36,012 nucleotides of DNA, taken from positions 1 to 36,012 of the forward strand of contig JAZJXK010000012.1 in NCBI GenBank assembly GCA_040390955.1, written 5' to 3'. Under the pieces are notes generated by a model. It was not told the origin of the DNA. It saw only the letters and a list, made by a program, of their open reading frames with translations, and ran no database searches. Made by a program: the position numbers and the translations under genes. Of the stretch, positions 21,328-29,838 are shown in pieces (the stretch's first letter is position 1; every line of letters starts with the position of its first letter). Origin of the DNA: Patescibacteria group bacterium. Lineage in GTDB: Bacteria > Patescibacteriota > Minisyncoccia > Phycocordibacterales > Phycocordibacteraceae.

Positions 21328-21843
21328 TTATTTAAATTCGCTCGTTTCTGTTTCCTCTCGCGCACCAATTTCAAGCTCGTCCATATCAAAGTGCCGCGCA
21401 ATTTCATGCCAAATGGTGTCGCGCACAATGGTGCGAATACGTCGCTTCATAGGTTCCGTTGGTGCGCCCCATTCAACTTCAACACCGGCCTCATGCGCAG
21501 CCGCATGGAGTATCGGCATTCGGAAAATAGTTATTGTGTCAGAAGGCGCAGCCTCAACACTCGCAGCAGTCTCTCCTGGTGTTATTGGCACTCCGGTATA
21601 TAGACCAAACAGTGTATGACCTGCAGGGATGTTACTTACACGAAGTGCTTCATCGCTCGGGTCTTCTTCAATACGGAGCGCTGAACTACTCACTTTTACT
21701 CTAAATTTTTCCGGCACGAGTTCAAACGCATCGGCAACTATTTTCTCAAACTCTTTACGAGTAAGTCCCTCAGTCGCCAAAGCAGCGGATTTACCGCCAG
21801 GATTCATCGCGGGTCCCTCTATGTCATCAATGTCCATAGTCAT
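21328..21843 (-). CDS. Zincin-like metallopeptidase-family protein (DUF1025/Zincin_1-like) with a degenerate metal motif
   Basis: The C-terminal IVRDTIWHEIARHFDMDE resembles the minimal zincin HExxH-containing family, but reads HEIARH (HExxxH). Confidence 0.55.
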   Translation of the reverse strand: MTMDIDDIEGPAMNPGGKSAALATEGLTRKEFEKIVADAFELVPEKFRVKVSSSALRIEEDPSDEALRVSNIPAGHTLFGLYTGVPITPGETAASVEAAPSDTITIFRMPILHAAAHEAGVEVEWGAPTEPMKRRIRTIVRDTIWHEIARHFDMDELEIGAREETETSEFK

Positions 21844-22541
21844 GCAATACGATTAACAATTGATATCTCGGGCTTCTCTCCTATTTTCTTATAGACGGCA
21901 ATAACACCAACACGATAATCCATTTCTCCTTTTGGTGGAGTAAATGAGTTAAATACAGTCTCTGCCGCTACTTTTGCAGAACCGAAATTAAGCGGAACAG
22001 CTACCGGCTCTCCAGAAAATGACGGTGTTGGTTTTACATCTGCCCCAATGTACGTGCTCACAAAAGCACCTTTTCCTGACTCAAGCGAAAGACTCCATGA
22101 AGCACGATCAGTCCCATCAGTTGCGTGGCGCACAATATGCAGTGCTCCATCCATCTTCCCTTCTGATTCCACCAAACATCCGGTAATCCGCGGTGTTAAA
22201 TATTCATCAGGTTCATACGATTCTTCATTCAGTGCGTACGAGAGTTGCTGACGAGCATCGCGCGATTGAAGATTTGTTATGTGCTCTATCTGTGTTCCGT
22301 TTGCGACCACAACTCCATTTAGAAATAGGCGTACCGCCGGATATTCAAGGAGAGCTATATTCCCCTCTTTCACTGTTGCGTCTACACCACCCATAAAAAT
22401 CGCGTCGCCATTTTGTACAAATCGGCGCGCCAAACTTGAGGGACTGCGACCCGTTGCCCCGTAGAGCACTACAAAAGCATCACCGTCTTTCCCGATAACA
22501 ATAAAACGTCCTGGGTAACGAAATTCGAACGGATTCATCAT
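21840..22541 (-). CDS. IMP cyclohydrolase-like protein (archaeal PurO family-like)
   Basis: The N-terminal YPGRFIVIGKDGDAFVVLYGATGRSPSS resembles the PurO N-terminus as I remember it. The assignment needs an HMM check. Confidence 0.55.
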   Translation of the reverse strand: MMNPFEFRYPGRFIVIGKDGDAFVVLYGATGRSPSSLARRFVQNGDAIFMGGVDATVKEGNIALLEYPAVRLFLNGVVVANGTQIEHITNLQSRDARQQLSYALNEESYEPDEYLTPRITGCLVESEGKMDGALHIVRHATDGTDRASWSLSLESGKGAFVSTYIGADVKPTPSFSGEPVAVPLNFGSAKVAAETVFNSFTPPKGEMDYRVGVIAVYKKIGEKPEISIVNRIA

Positions 22542-23077
22542 ATTTTCTCAAGAATATCATCAATCTGCTTAAAAAGCCCTTCTGAAATCTCAGCGTTTTC
22601 AATATGAAAATCTGCGGTGGCAATCGCTGCTACAAGATTGTTTTCATCCTGATTTTCAGAAACCATCTGCCGATTCTGTTCACGTAAAAATTCTTCGCGG
22701 GACACATGGTCTTTTTCTCCACCACGACTCTGTATCCTCTCGTAACGAATCGAAAGCGGTGCATCAACGGAAATTACTTTCCCACCAAGCTGGTGTACAT
22801 AGGAAACTTCAGGAACGGTATGCAACGCTTCAACAACAATATTCTCCTTTGTACTATCGTAACCATCAAGCACTGCACGAAGAAGTGCCGTGGAATCGCC
22901 TCTTCGATACTCATTTGCAATTTCACGGCATACTACGCGCGTTACACCTACACCCCTCCGCTCTGCCTCTTCAGTTAAGAATGTAGAAACAGAAATATGC
23001 CGAAAACCTTTTTTTGCAAGATAGCTTGCAACTGTTCCCTTACCCGCACCAATTGTTCCAGTAATTCCAAGAATCAT
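22538..23077 (-). CDS. P-loop nucleotide/nucleoside kinase-like protein (dephospho-CoA kinase/adenylate kinase-like fold)
   Basis: Walker A GITGTIGAGKGT at the N-terminus. The 179-aa size and layout are typical of small NMP-kinase-like proteins. Confidence 0.65.
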   Translation of the reverse strand: MILGITGTIGAGKGTVASYLAKKGFRHISVSTFLTEEAERRGVGVTRVVCREIANEYRRGDSTALLRAVLDGYDSTKENIVVEALHTVPEVSYVHQLGGKVISVDAPLSIRYERIQSRGGEKDHVSREEFLREQNRQMVSENQDENNLVAAIATADFHIENAEISEGLFKQIDDILEKI

Positions 23078-24888
23078 ACAGAGAGTGTATCCGCTTCAAC
23101 TTCCCCTTCTGGAATAAAGCCTCCCGCCTGCAAATTCCAGAGCTCAGCATAGAGACTTGATGAATCTTTCAATAATGAATCGTGCGTACCATCTTCACGC
23201 ACAACACCTTCATCGAGCACGATAATGCGATCCATACCACGAATAGTGGAAAGTCGGTGCGCAATTGCTATAACCGTCTTTCCTTTCATCAAGACATTAA
23301 GCGCACTTTGAATCAACGCTTCAGATTCTGAATCCAAACTCGATGTTGCTTCATCAAGAATAAGAATTGGAGCATTCTTCAAGAGTGCTCGCGCGATGGC
23401 AATTCGTTGACGTTCCCCACCAGATAATTTCACACCACGCTCTCCAACGTACGTATTGTAACCAAGCGGTAAACTCGCAATAAACCCATCACAATTCGCA
23501 AGCCGAGCCGCTTCATGTACCTCTGCATCCGTTGCATCTAATCTGCCATACCGAATATTTTCAAGAAGTGTGCGGTGAAATAGAATCGGATCTTGTGGCA
23601 CAAGCGCGATAGCTTGCCTCAAGCTCTCCTGCGAAACAGTATGAATATCCTGCCCGTCAATCAAAATATGCCCGCCCGTAAGTTCATAGAAACGAAGCAG
23701 AAGCCGAATAACGGTAGTTTTTCCTGCACCAGAAGAACCTACCAGCGCCACCTTTTGTCCTCCAGGAATTGTAAGGTTGATACCGCGAAGCACTGCATGA
23801 GTTTCTTGAAAGTTAAATGTCACATCTTCAAGCGTGATGGTACCGTCTGAAACAGTGAGCGCCTTGGCTCCTGGCACATCCTTTATTTCATGCGGAAGCA
23901 TAAGCATTTCAACCATTTCCTTTGAATCGGCAAACACTTCATAGACTGTGCGAATGATGCGTCCGAAATCCCAGAGCTGTCCTGCAAGTTGAATGACGTA
24001 CACCTGCACCAGCACAAAGGTACCAACGGTCAGGGCGCCTGCCTGCCAAAATCCAATGCCAAAATAAAATATAAAAAATTCTGCTATAAAAATAAGCGCT
24101 GCTTGCGTGGCATCAAACGAGGAGTTGATGTTCCAAGTTTTTCTCGTAATCTGCGCTTGTTCGAGAGTTGCATCAGCAAAAAACTTTGATTCATTCCGGA
24201 GAGTAGTAAAGAGCGTGATGGCATTCTGATTCGTCAAAAGATCTGCCAAAACTCCCGTAGTTTTGGAATCAGCGGCTGCAAGCGCGATGTTGTACTTCAC
24301 ACGCCACAAAGCAAAGACGTAATTCAGCGTAAAGAAAACAACAATCCACACAAAAATCACCAGCGCGAGAATAGGCGCAATAGTGAACGTCACGACGATA
24401 GCTCCGATAGTGGTAACGGCAAGTGGAATTAAGTTAAAGACAATTGAATCAGCCAAGCGTTCAAATGAACGAGCAAATCTGTTGACGCGTTGAATAAGGC
24501 TCCCCGTAAAATTGTTTGCAAAAAAAGAATAGGAATGCCCGGCAAGGTACTCAAATGAACTCTGACGAAGTCTCGCCATCGTGTCAGGTTCAAGTTTTTG
24601 CAGTCCAAAGAGTCCAATATTTCGTGCTGCCCACCTCATAGCATGAAGCACGAGAATAATGACAATAGTTGAGAGTAAGATCGATACAGCAAGCGAACGA
24701 TCTGAACCAGATGAAAGGGTGTCGAAAAAACGCTTATAAAATAAGGGCGTAAAGACATCGGTAATACTTGCACCTAAAAAAAGAATGAGTGTTCCAATTG
24801 CAATCCATTTGTTAGGGCGCAACCCCTTCCCCATGTATCTAAGGACATCGCTCACTTTCACGCGCGGGTATTCTGCTTTTGTCCGCAT
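23074..24888 (-). CDS. ABC exporter, fused permease and ATPase (MsbA/ABCB type)
   Basis: Six-TM N-terminal domain, Walker A GSSGAGKTT, signature LSGGERQR and Walker B ILILDEATS. Confidence 0.93.
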   Translation of the reverse strand: MRTKAEYPRVKVSDVLRYMGKGLRPNKWIAIGTLILFLGASITDVFTPLFYKRFFDTLSSGSDRSLAVSILLSTIVIILVLHAMRWAARNIGLFGLQKLEPDTMARLRQSSFEYLAGHSYSFFANNFTGSLIQRVNRFARSFERLADSIVFNLIPLAVTTIGAIVVTFTIAPILALVIFVWIVVFFTLNYVFALWRVKYNIALAAADSKTTGVLADLLTNQNAITLFTTLRNESKFFADATLEQAQITRKTWNINSSFDATQAALIFIAEFFIFYFGIGFWQAGALTVGTFVLVQVYVIQLAGQLWDFGRIIRTVYEVFADSKEMVEMLMLPHEIKDVPGAKALTVSDGTITLEDVTFNFQETHAVLRGINLTIPGGQKVALVGSSGAGKTTVIRLLLRFYELTGGHILIDGQDIHTVSQESLRQAIALVPQDPILFHRTLLENIRYGRLDATDAEVHEAARLANCDGFIASLPLGYNTYVGERGVKLSGGERQRIAIARALLKNAPILILDEATSSLDSESEALIQSALNVLMKGKTVIAIAHRLSTIRGMDRIIVLDEGVVREDGTHDSLLKDSSSLYAELWNLQAGGFIPEGEVEADTLSV

Positions 24889-24995
24889 ATTCGGTTATTG
24901 TCGCACGAATTCACTAACGAAAAAACAAACATATCTTTGTATACGTCTCAACGTATATGTAAAAAATAGAAAAAATACTAGAGACCGGCGCAAAA

Positions 24996-25043
24996 CCTCC
25001 ATATAGTATAACTGTGCATATGCACAGTTATACTATATGGAGG
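24996..25043. repeat. 48-nt perfect palindrome (24-bp arms). On the minus strand it is followed by TTTT, so it is the likely terminator of the LUD-domain gene
   Basis: CCTCCATATAGTATAACTGTGCAT|ATGCACAGTTATACTATATGGAGG. I verified it base by base. Confidence 0.75.
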
Positions 25044-25069
25044 AGGAGGAATAGAGGAGGAGGAAGAAA
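25039..25069. repeat. 31-nt purine tract GGAGGAGGAGGAATAGAGGAGGAGGAAGAAA (one T only), overlapping the palindrome arm
   Basis: Seen directly. It gives four CCUCC motifs in the 3' UTR of the minus-strand transcript. Confidence 0.8.
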
Positions 25070-25079
25070 CTAGGCGGAG

Positions 25080-25694
25080 TTAAAAACCTAAAACTTCTTT
25101 CACGAGCACAAGGTGTATGTGTCTGTTTGGCATTATTTCCCGTTCAAAAATAAAGAACTTTGCGATAGTGCTGCCGCCTGTAGAGACTGATCTCATCCGT
25201 GCATCCTCAAGGGGGTACACATAGTCACGGATGCGAGCAAACGCAGCATCAAGTGTTGGCACAATCTTTTGCGCGCCAGCAACCCAAATAACGTTGTCGC
25301 TCGTAAAAGCGTACGATGGAATCTGCGAACCGGATGCAGAAGCAACCACAATCTGACCATCTTCGACAACAGCGTGAACGCTTCCAAGAAAATACTCGGC
25401 TGAGACGCTCGCTTTTCGAAGCGCCGTTTGCTTCACCAGGTCTTTTTCTGTCACTATATGCTCTTTCAAATTCTTCCACGGGTGCTTCCCTTCTTTAAGT
25501 ACATCAACAAACCCAATCTGCTGTAGCGTCGTGGAACTGCCCGTCATAACGTCGGCACCATCGGGAATGAGCGACTTCACTTTCTCGAGTGCCTCTGCTT
25601 TTGTGTCTACCACATGCACCGTAACACCACGCGGCGTAAGGTTAGCGATAACTTTTTCAATAACATCTGATGAAGGTATTTGATCGTATTCCAT
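25080..25694 (-). CDS. LUD domain-containing protein (LutC/YkgG-like, DUF162)
   Basis: 204 aa with the layout TGSSTTLQQIG...GSVHAVVEDGQIVVASASGSQ...HLVLV, typical of LUD_dom proteins. No lutA or lutB partners are nearby. Confidence 0.75.
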   Translation of the reverse strand: MEYDQIPSSDVIEKVIANLTPRGVTVHVVDTKAEALEKVKSLIPDGADVMTGSSTTLQQIGFVDVLKEGKHPWKNLKEHIVTEKDLVKQTALRKASVSAEYFLGSVHAVVEDGQIVVASASGSQIPSYAFTSDNVIWVAGAQKIVPTLDAAFARIRDYVYPLEDARMRSVSTGGSTIAKFFIFEREIMPNRHIHLVLVKEVLGF

Positions 25695-25819
25695 AGTATT
25701 TTTCTTTTTTAGAGTGAACGTATAAGTGCTTGTGAAAATGCTATTTCATACAAGTAGGAAAAGTATAACATGGCATTTTAGAAACATGCAATGAGGCATG
25801 GCATACTGAGCGTGCCCTT

Positions 25820-26395
25820 ATGGAAGCAAGCGACGATGACCTCATTCAAAACACACTTCGTGGCGACGAAAGTGCCTTTGCAACCCTGATGGGACGATAC
25901 TTGACCCCTGTGTATAGTTTTATACGTACCCTTACAGGCAATACTGAAGATGCAGAGGACATTGCACAAGAGTCCCTCTTTAAAGCATGGAAAAATCTAA
26001 AACGTTTTAAAACGGGAGCATCTTTTAAAACGTGGTTATTTTCTATTGCGCGAAACACTGCAATTGACTACGCAAGAAAAAAGAAACCTCTACTATTCAC
26101 AGAATTAACACGACCGCTCGCTGATGAGGATTTTGAACACCACCTCCCTTCTATGGATGAAAGTATTGAAAAGAGCATTGATCGCTCCATAGAAATAGAA
26201 AATCTAAACACATACCTTGAAGGACTCTCCACTGAACACCGCGAGGTACTGACCCTACATTATCGTGAAGAGTTGACACTGCAGGAAATAAGCCAAGTGT
26301 TGAAACTACCCCTGAACACCGTAAAAAGCAGGGATAGAAGAGCACTCAAAGCTCTAGAAAAGGCTCTAGCACCCAAAAGTGCCCTACTGCCGTAG
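25820..26395 (+). CDS. ECF-type RNA polymerase sigma factor (sigma-70 family, regions 2 and 4)
   Basis: Region 2 is EDAEDIAQESLFKAWKNLKRFK...FKTWLFSIARNTAIDYARKKK. Region 4 is REVLTLHYREELTLQEISQVLKLPLNTVKSRDRRAL. Confidence 0.92.
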   Translation: MEASDDDLIQNTLRGDESAFATLMGRYLTPVYSFIRTLTGNTEDAEDIAQESLFKAWKNLKRFKTGASFKTWLFSIARNTAIDYARKKKPLLFTELTRPLADEDFEHHLPSMDESIEKSIDRSIEIENLNTYLEGLSTEHREVLTLHYREELTLQEISQVLKLPLNTVKSRDRRALKALEKALAPKSALLP

Positions 26396-26402
26396 TACGT
26401 AT

Positions 26403-26819
26403 ATGGATTCTTATCTGATTAGAGAGTTGAAAAGAGCCGAGCATGCGGCTCCAAATTCTGAGCTTGCCTCTCGCATCATCGCGCGTATTGAACGTGCAAA
26501 ATTAGAGCACGAACGCATGCGTGCAATCTTTTTCGGCACTGCAACACTTACCTCAGCCATCGCGTTTATTCCAGCACTCATGTTTGGAGCATTTGAACTC
26601 TCGCACTCAGCATTCTATGAATACGCGTCGCTCCTCTTTACCGACAGCGGAACCTTGGTCACCCTTTGGCGAGAAATAGGACTTGCGCTCATTGAGTCCG
26701 CGCCGCTCTTCGGCGCGATAACGATTCTCAGCGTACTCTTCGTATTTCTTACATCGGCACGTGGCCTTACAAAGCATATTAATAATCTTTTTAGCATCCA
26801 AAGACGCCTTGCGGCATAA
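26403..26819 (+). CDS. Putative anti-sigma factor or membrane protein (two TM helices; no zf-HC2 motif)
   Basis: It lies immediately downstream of the ECF sigma gene. It has a cytoplasmic helical N-terminus and then hydrophobic segments. I prefer the start at ATG 26403 over the track start at 26379, which overlaps the sigma gene. Confidence 0.5.
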   Translation: MDSYLIRELKRAEHAAPNSELASRIIARIERAKLEHERMRAIFFGTATLTSAIAFIPALMFGAFELSHSAFYEYASLLFTDSGTLVTLWREIGLALIESAPLFGAITILSVLFVFLTSARGLTKHINNLFSIQRRLAA

Positions 26820-26828
26820 CAAGTACCT

Positions 26829-27326
26829 ATGAACATAGATTCACTCTTTCAATCAAAAAAGTTTCAAAAAACGATTGTCATCGTTGGCATTACTCTTGCG
26901 GCACTGGTTATCTTTCAAGCCGGTGTATTTGTTGGCGTCCATAAAGCAGGTTTTTCGTATCGCATGGGTGATAACTACTATCGCACCTTTGGAAATAAAT
27001 CAGGTGGTTCCTTTTTTCAAGAATTCACCACCGCCTTCCCTGACGCGCATGGTGCAACTGGGAAAATAGTAAGTGTACATCTTCCAACATTTGTGATGGA
27101 AGATCAGGATCAGACCGAGAAAATAATACGCATCGGAAACGCAACAATCATTAAAAAACTCCGGGGCACCGCATCGACGAGCGATATTACTGCAGGAGAA
27201 TTTGCAGTAATAATCGGTGCACCAAATCAAAATGCAGAAGTTGAAGCTGCGCTCATTCGACTCATGCCTCCCCCACCTGAGGGATTTATGCAGATCGAGG
27301 AAGGACAGACTGTGAAGGGACAATAA
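26829..27326 (+). CDS. Membrane-anchored beta-domain protein (DUF5666-like), paralog of 31129-31560
   Basis: N-terminal TM anchor. The C-terminal pattern GKIVSV...IIRIGNATIIKK...DITAGEFAVIIGAPNQNAEVEAALIRLMP is shared with the ORF at 31129-31560. Confidence 0.7.
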   Translation: MNIDSLFQSKKFQKTIVIVGITLAALVIFQAGVFVGVHKAGFSYRMGDNYYRTFGNKSGGSFFQEFTTAFPDAHGATGKIVSVHLPTFVMEDQDQTEKIIRIGNATIIKKLRGTASTSDITAGEFAVIIGAPNQNAEVEAALIRLMPPPPEGFMQIEEGQTVKGQ

Positions 27327-27329
27327 GAT

Positions 27330-29123
27330 ATGTCTACATTTTCGCTCATACAAAAAATACCGAGGGTGTCGATAAAAAAAATTAAGAGCTACATCCTTGC
27401 GCATAAAATAATCTCCGGAATCGCGCTCGTTCTAGTTCTGGGAAGCACGTATTTCGCATACGCAGCACTGACAAGTACTGCAGGTGAAACCAGATACGTC
27501 CTTGGCTCTGTTACCAAAGGAACAATCGTTGCAAGTGTTTCTGCGAGTGGTCAAGTCTCAACGTCAAACCAAATCGATATTAAACCGAAAGTATCGGGTG
27601 AAATTGTATGGGTCGGCGTGAAAGCTGGTGACAAAGTGTACGGAGGGCAAGGACTCATAGCTCTCGACAACACGGATGCGAAGCGCGCCGTCATCAGCGC
27701 TGAGCAATCTTTAGCGGCGTCAAAACTGCAGCTCCAAAAGGATGAAGCGGCAGCACCTATCGATTACGAAAAACAAGCTGACGCACTTGCCACTGCAAAA
27801 GAAGATCTCAAGACGGAATATAACGACACATACAATACTCTCTCTAATACCTATCTTGATCTCCCTAGTGTCATGACAGGATTACAGAGCGCTCTCTATG
27901 GGTATGACATTAGCCCAAACGGAGGACAGTGGAATGTCGATGCGTTATCGAACATGTTCACGGACAGTGATGAACTCGCGAAAATGAAAGTGTTTGCTGA
28001 CACTTCAAAAGCAGATTACACATCCGCACGCACCATGTACGATGCCGGTATTCTGAAATACAAAGCAACAACGCGTTCCTCGTCGGAATCCGATATCGAA
28101 ACACTTCTTGTAAATTCAATTGAGACCACGACCGCTGTCGCACAAGCGCTTCAGAGTGAATTAAATCTCCTCGGAGCTGCCGCTGATCTTGCGCAGCTTC
28201 ACGACCGCAAACTCCCTGCGGTAGTAACCACGATGCAAACAAACGCGCGTAACTACTTAACTACCGTAAACAGTGACCTCTCGGCGCTCCTTGCAGAAAA
28301 GAAAGCACTCACCAATGCAAAACAAACCATAAAAACAGACGAACAAAACCTCACACTTTTGCAGGTGGGCAATCCAAACGGAAGTGATCCGATTAGCCTC
28401 CAAATATCAAAGAACAGCCTCGAAACGCAAGAAGCCAATCTTGAAAATTTAAAGGAAACACTTGCCAAATACACGGTTACCGCACCCTTTGACGGCGTAC
28501 TTGCATCCGTGTCTGCAAAAAAAGGAGATACGGCAAGCGGTGCCATCGCGTCCATCATTACCACACAAAAAATTGCAACAATTAGTTTAAATGAAGTGGA
28601 TGCTGCAAAAGTAACACTAGGAGATAAAGCAACACTCACGTTTGACGCTATAGATTCACTGACACTTACTGGAAAAGTTTCAGAAATAGATGCAGTGGGA
28701 ACAGTGTCGCAGGGTGTCGTGTCGTACAACTTAAAAATTACGTTTGACACTCAAGATGAGCGCGTAAAGCCAGGCATGACGGTGAATGCAACCATACAAA
28801 GTGATACAAAACAGAATGTACTCATCGTGCCATCAAGTGCAGTCAAAACACAAAATGGCGTGAGCTACATTCAGAGATTCAATCCTCCCCTCTCTGAAAC
28901 CGCAAGTGCACAAGGAGTGATGTCAAAAAATCCGCCTGAGCAAGTTGAAGTTGTCACTGGTATTTCTGACGATACGAACGTTGAAATAATTTCAGGTGTC
29001 TCAGAAAACGATCAAATCGTCACACGCACCATTCTTCCGGGCGCTGCGACGACTCAAAGCGCTGCACGAACAACGACCGGGCGAAATCTCGGTGGCAGTG
29101 GCGCAACACAGGTACGTTTCTAA
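27330..29123 (+). CDS. Efflux adaptor / membrane-fusion protein (HlyD/MacA family) with a very long coiled-coil hairpin
   Basis: TM anchor, lipoyl-like halves (IKPKVSGEIVWVGVKAGDKV...APFDGVLASVSAKKGD), a ~250-aa helical insert and a beta-barrel (GDKATLTFDAI...GKVSEI). Confidence 0.85.
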   Translation: MSTFSLIQKIPRVSIKKIKSYILAHKIISGIALVLVLGSTYFAYAALTSTAGETRYVLGSVTKGTIVASVSASGQVSTSNQIDIKPKVSGEIVWVGVKAGDKVYGGQGLIALDNTDAKRAVISAEQSLAASKLQLQKDEAAAPIDYEKQADALATAKEDLKTEYNDTYNTLSNTYLDLPSVMTGLQSALYGYDISPNGGQWNVDALSNMFTDSDELAKMKVFADTSKADYTSARTMYDAGILKYKATTRSSSESDIETLLVNSIETTTAVAQALQSELNLLGAAADLAQLHDRKLPAVVTTMQTNARNYLTTVNSDLSALLAEKKALTNAKQTIKTDEQNLTLLQVGNPNGSDPISLQISKNSLETQEANLENLKETLAKYTVTAPFDGVLASVSAKKGDTASGAIASIITTQKIATISLNEVDAAKVTLGDKATLTFDAIDSLTLTGKVSEIDAVGTVSQGVVSYNLKITFDTQDERVKPGMTVNATIQSDTKQNVLIVPSSAVKTQNGVSYIQRFNPPLSETASAQGVMSKNPPEQVEVVTGISDDTNVEIISGVSENDQIVTRTILPGAATTQSAARTTTGRNLGGSGATQVRF

Positions 29124-29124
29124 A

Positions 29125-29835
29125 ATGATAGAAATTGATGCAATTACGAAGACGTACGGAGCGGGCGATACTGCTTTTCAAGCGCTCAAGGGAGTGACTT
29201 TTACCATTGCCGAAGGTGAGTTTGTTGCAATCATGGGTCCTTCTGGATCGGGCAAATCAACCCTGATGCATATTTTAGGATGCCTTGATACACCAACCTC
29301 CGGCTCATATACACTTGATGCAAAAAATGTTTCAACACTAAATGACGAGGAACTGGCCGATATTCGAAAAGATAAAATTGGTTTTGTATTTCAATCGTTT
29401 AACCTACTTCCCCGCACAACCGTCCTTCGAAATGTCATGTTGCCTCTGGTATACGCAGGAGTGAGTGAGGAAGACCGAGTCACCAGAGCAACCGCGGCAC
29501 TCCTTGCTGCCGGTCTTACAGAAACATACTTTACCCATAGGTCGAATGAACTCTCCGGAGGACAGGTGCAACGCGTCGCCATAGCTCGCGCACTTGTAAA
29601 TCAACCGTCCCTTGTGCTGGCAGACGAACCTACAGGCAATCTTGATACAAAAACCGGTGAGATAGTTTTAGGAACATTCCAACGACTGAATGAAGAGCAT
29701 GGTCGCACCATCATTCTCATTACCCATGAAATGGAAGTGGCTGCGCATGCAAAACGCATTATTACCCTCCGCGATGGGGTGATTGTTGGAGATACAAAGA
29801 GTCACACACAAAAGCGAGCAACGCGCGCTGCATAG
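29125..29835 (+). CDS. ABC transporter ATP-binding protein (MacB/LolD/FtsE-type)
   Basis: Walker A GPSGSGKST, Q-loop FVFQSFNL, signature LSGGQVQR and Walker B LVLADEPTGNLD. The start is at MIEIDAI (ATG 29125), 1 nt after the adaptor stop. Confidence 0.95.
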   Translation: MIEIDAITKTYGAGDTAFQALKGVTFTIAEGEFVAIMGPSGSGKSTLMHILGCLDTPTSGSYTLDAKNVSTLNDEELADIRKDKIGFVFQSFNLLPRTTVLRNVMLPLVYAGVSEEDRVTRATAALLAAGLTETYFTHRSNELSGGQVQRVAIARALVNQPSLVLADEPTGNLDTKTGEIVLGTFQRLNEEHGRTIILITHEMEVAAHAKRIITLRDGVIVGDTKSHTQKRATRAA

Positions 29836-29838
29836 CCT

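Noticed and set aside
25011-25028. LexA/SOS-box-like CTGT-N8-ACAG inside the 48-nt palindrome (ACTGTGCATATGCACAGT)
   Set aside because: The match is only to the gammaproteobacterial consensus, which is not expected to apply here. It is embedded in a much longer perfect palindrome that is better explained as a hairpin. No lexA or SOS genes are adjacent.
28996-29124. N-terminal 43-aa extension of the ABC ATPase ORF
   Set aside because: It lies entirely inside the adaptor (MacA-like) coding region in another frame. The conserved ATPase N-terminus starts at MIEIDAI (ATG 29125), right after the adaptor stop.
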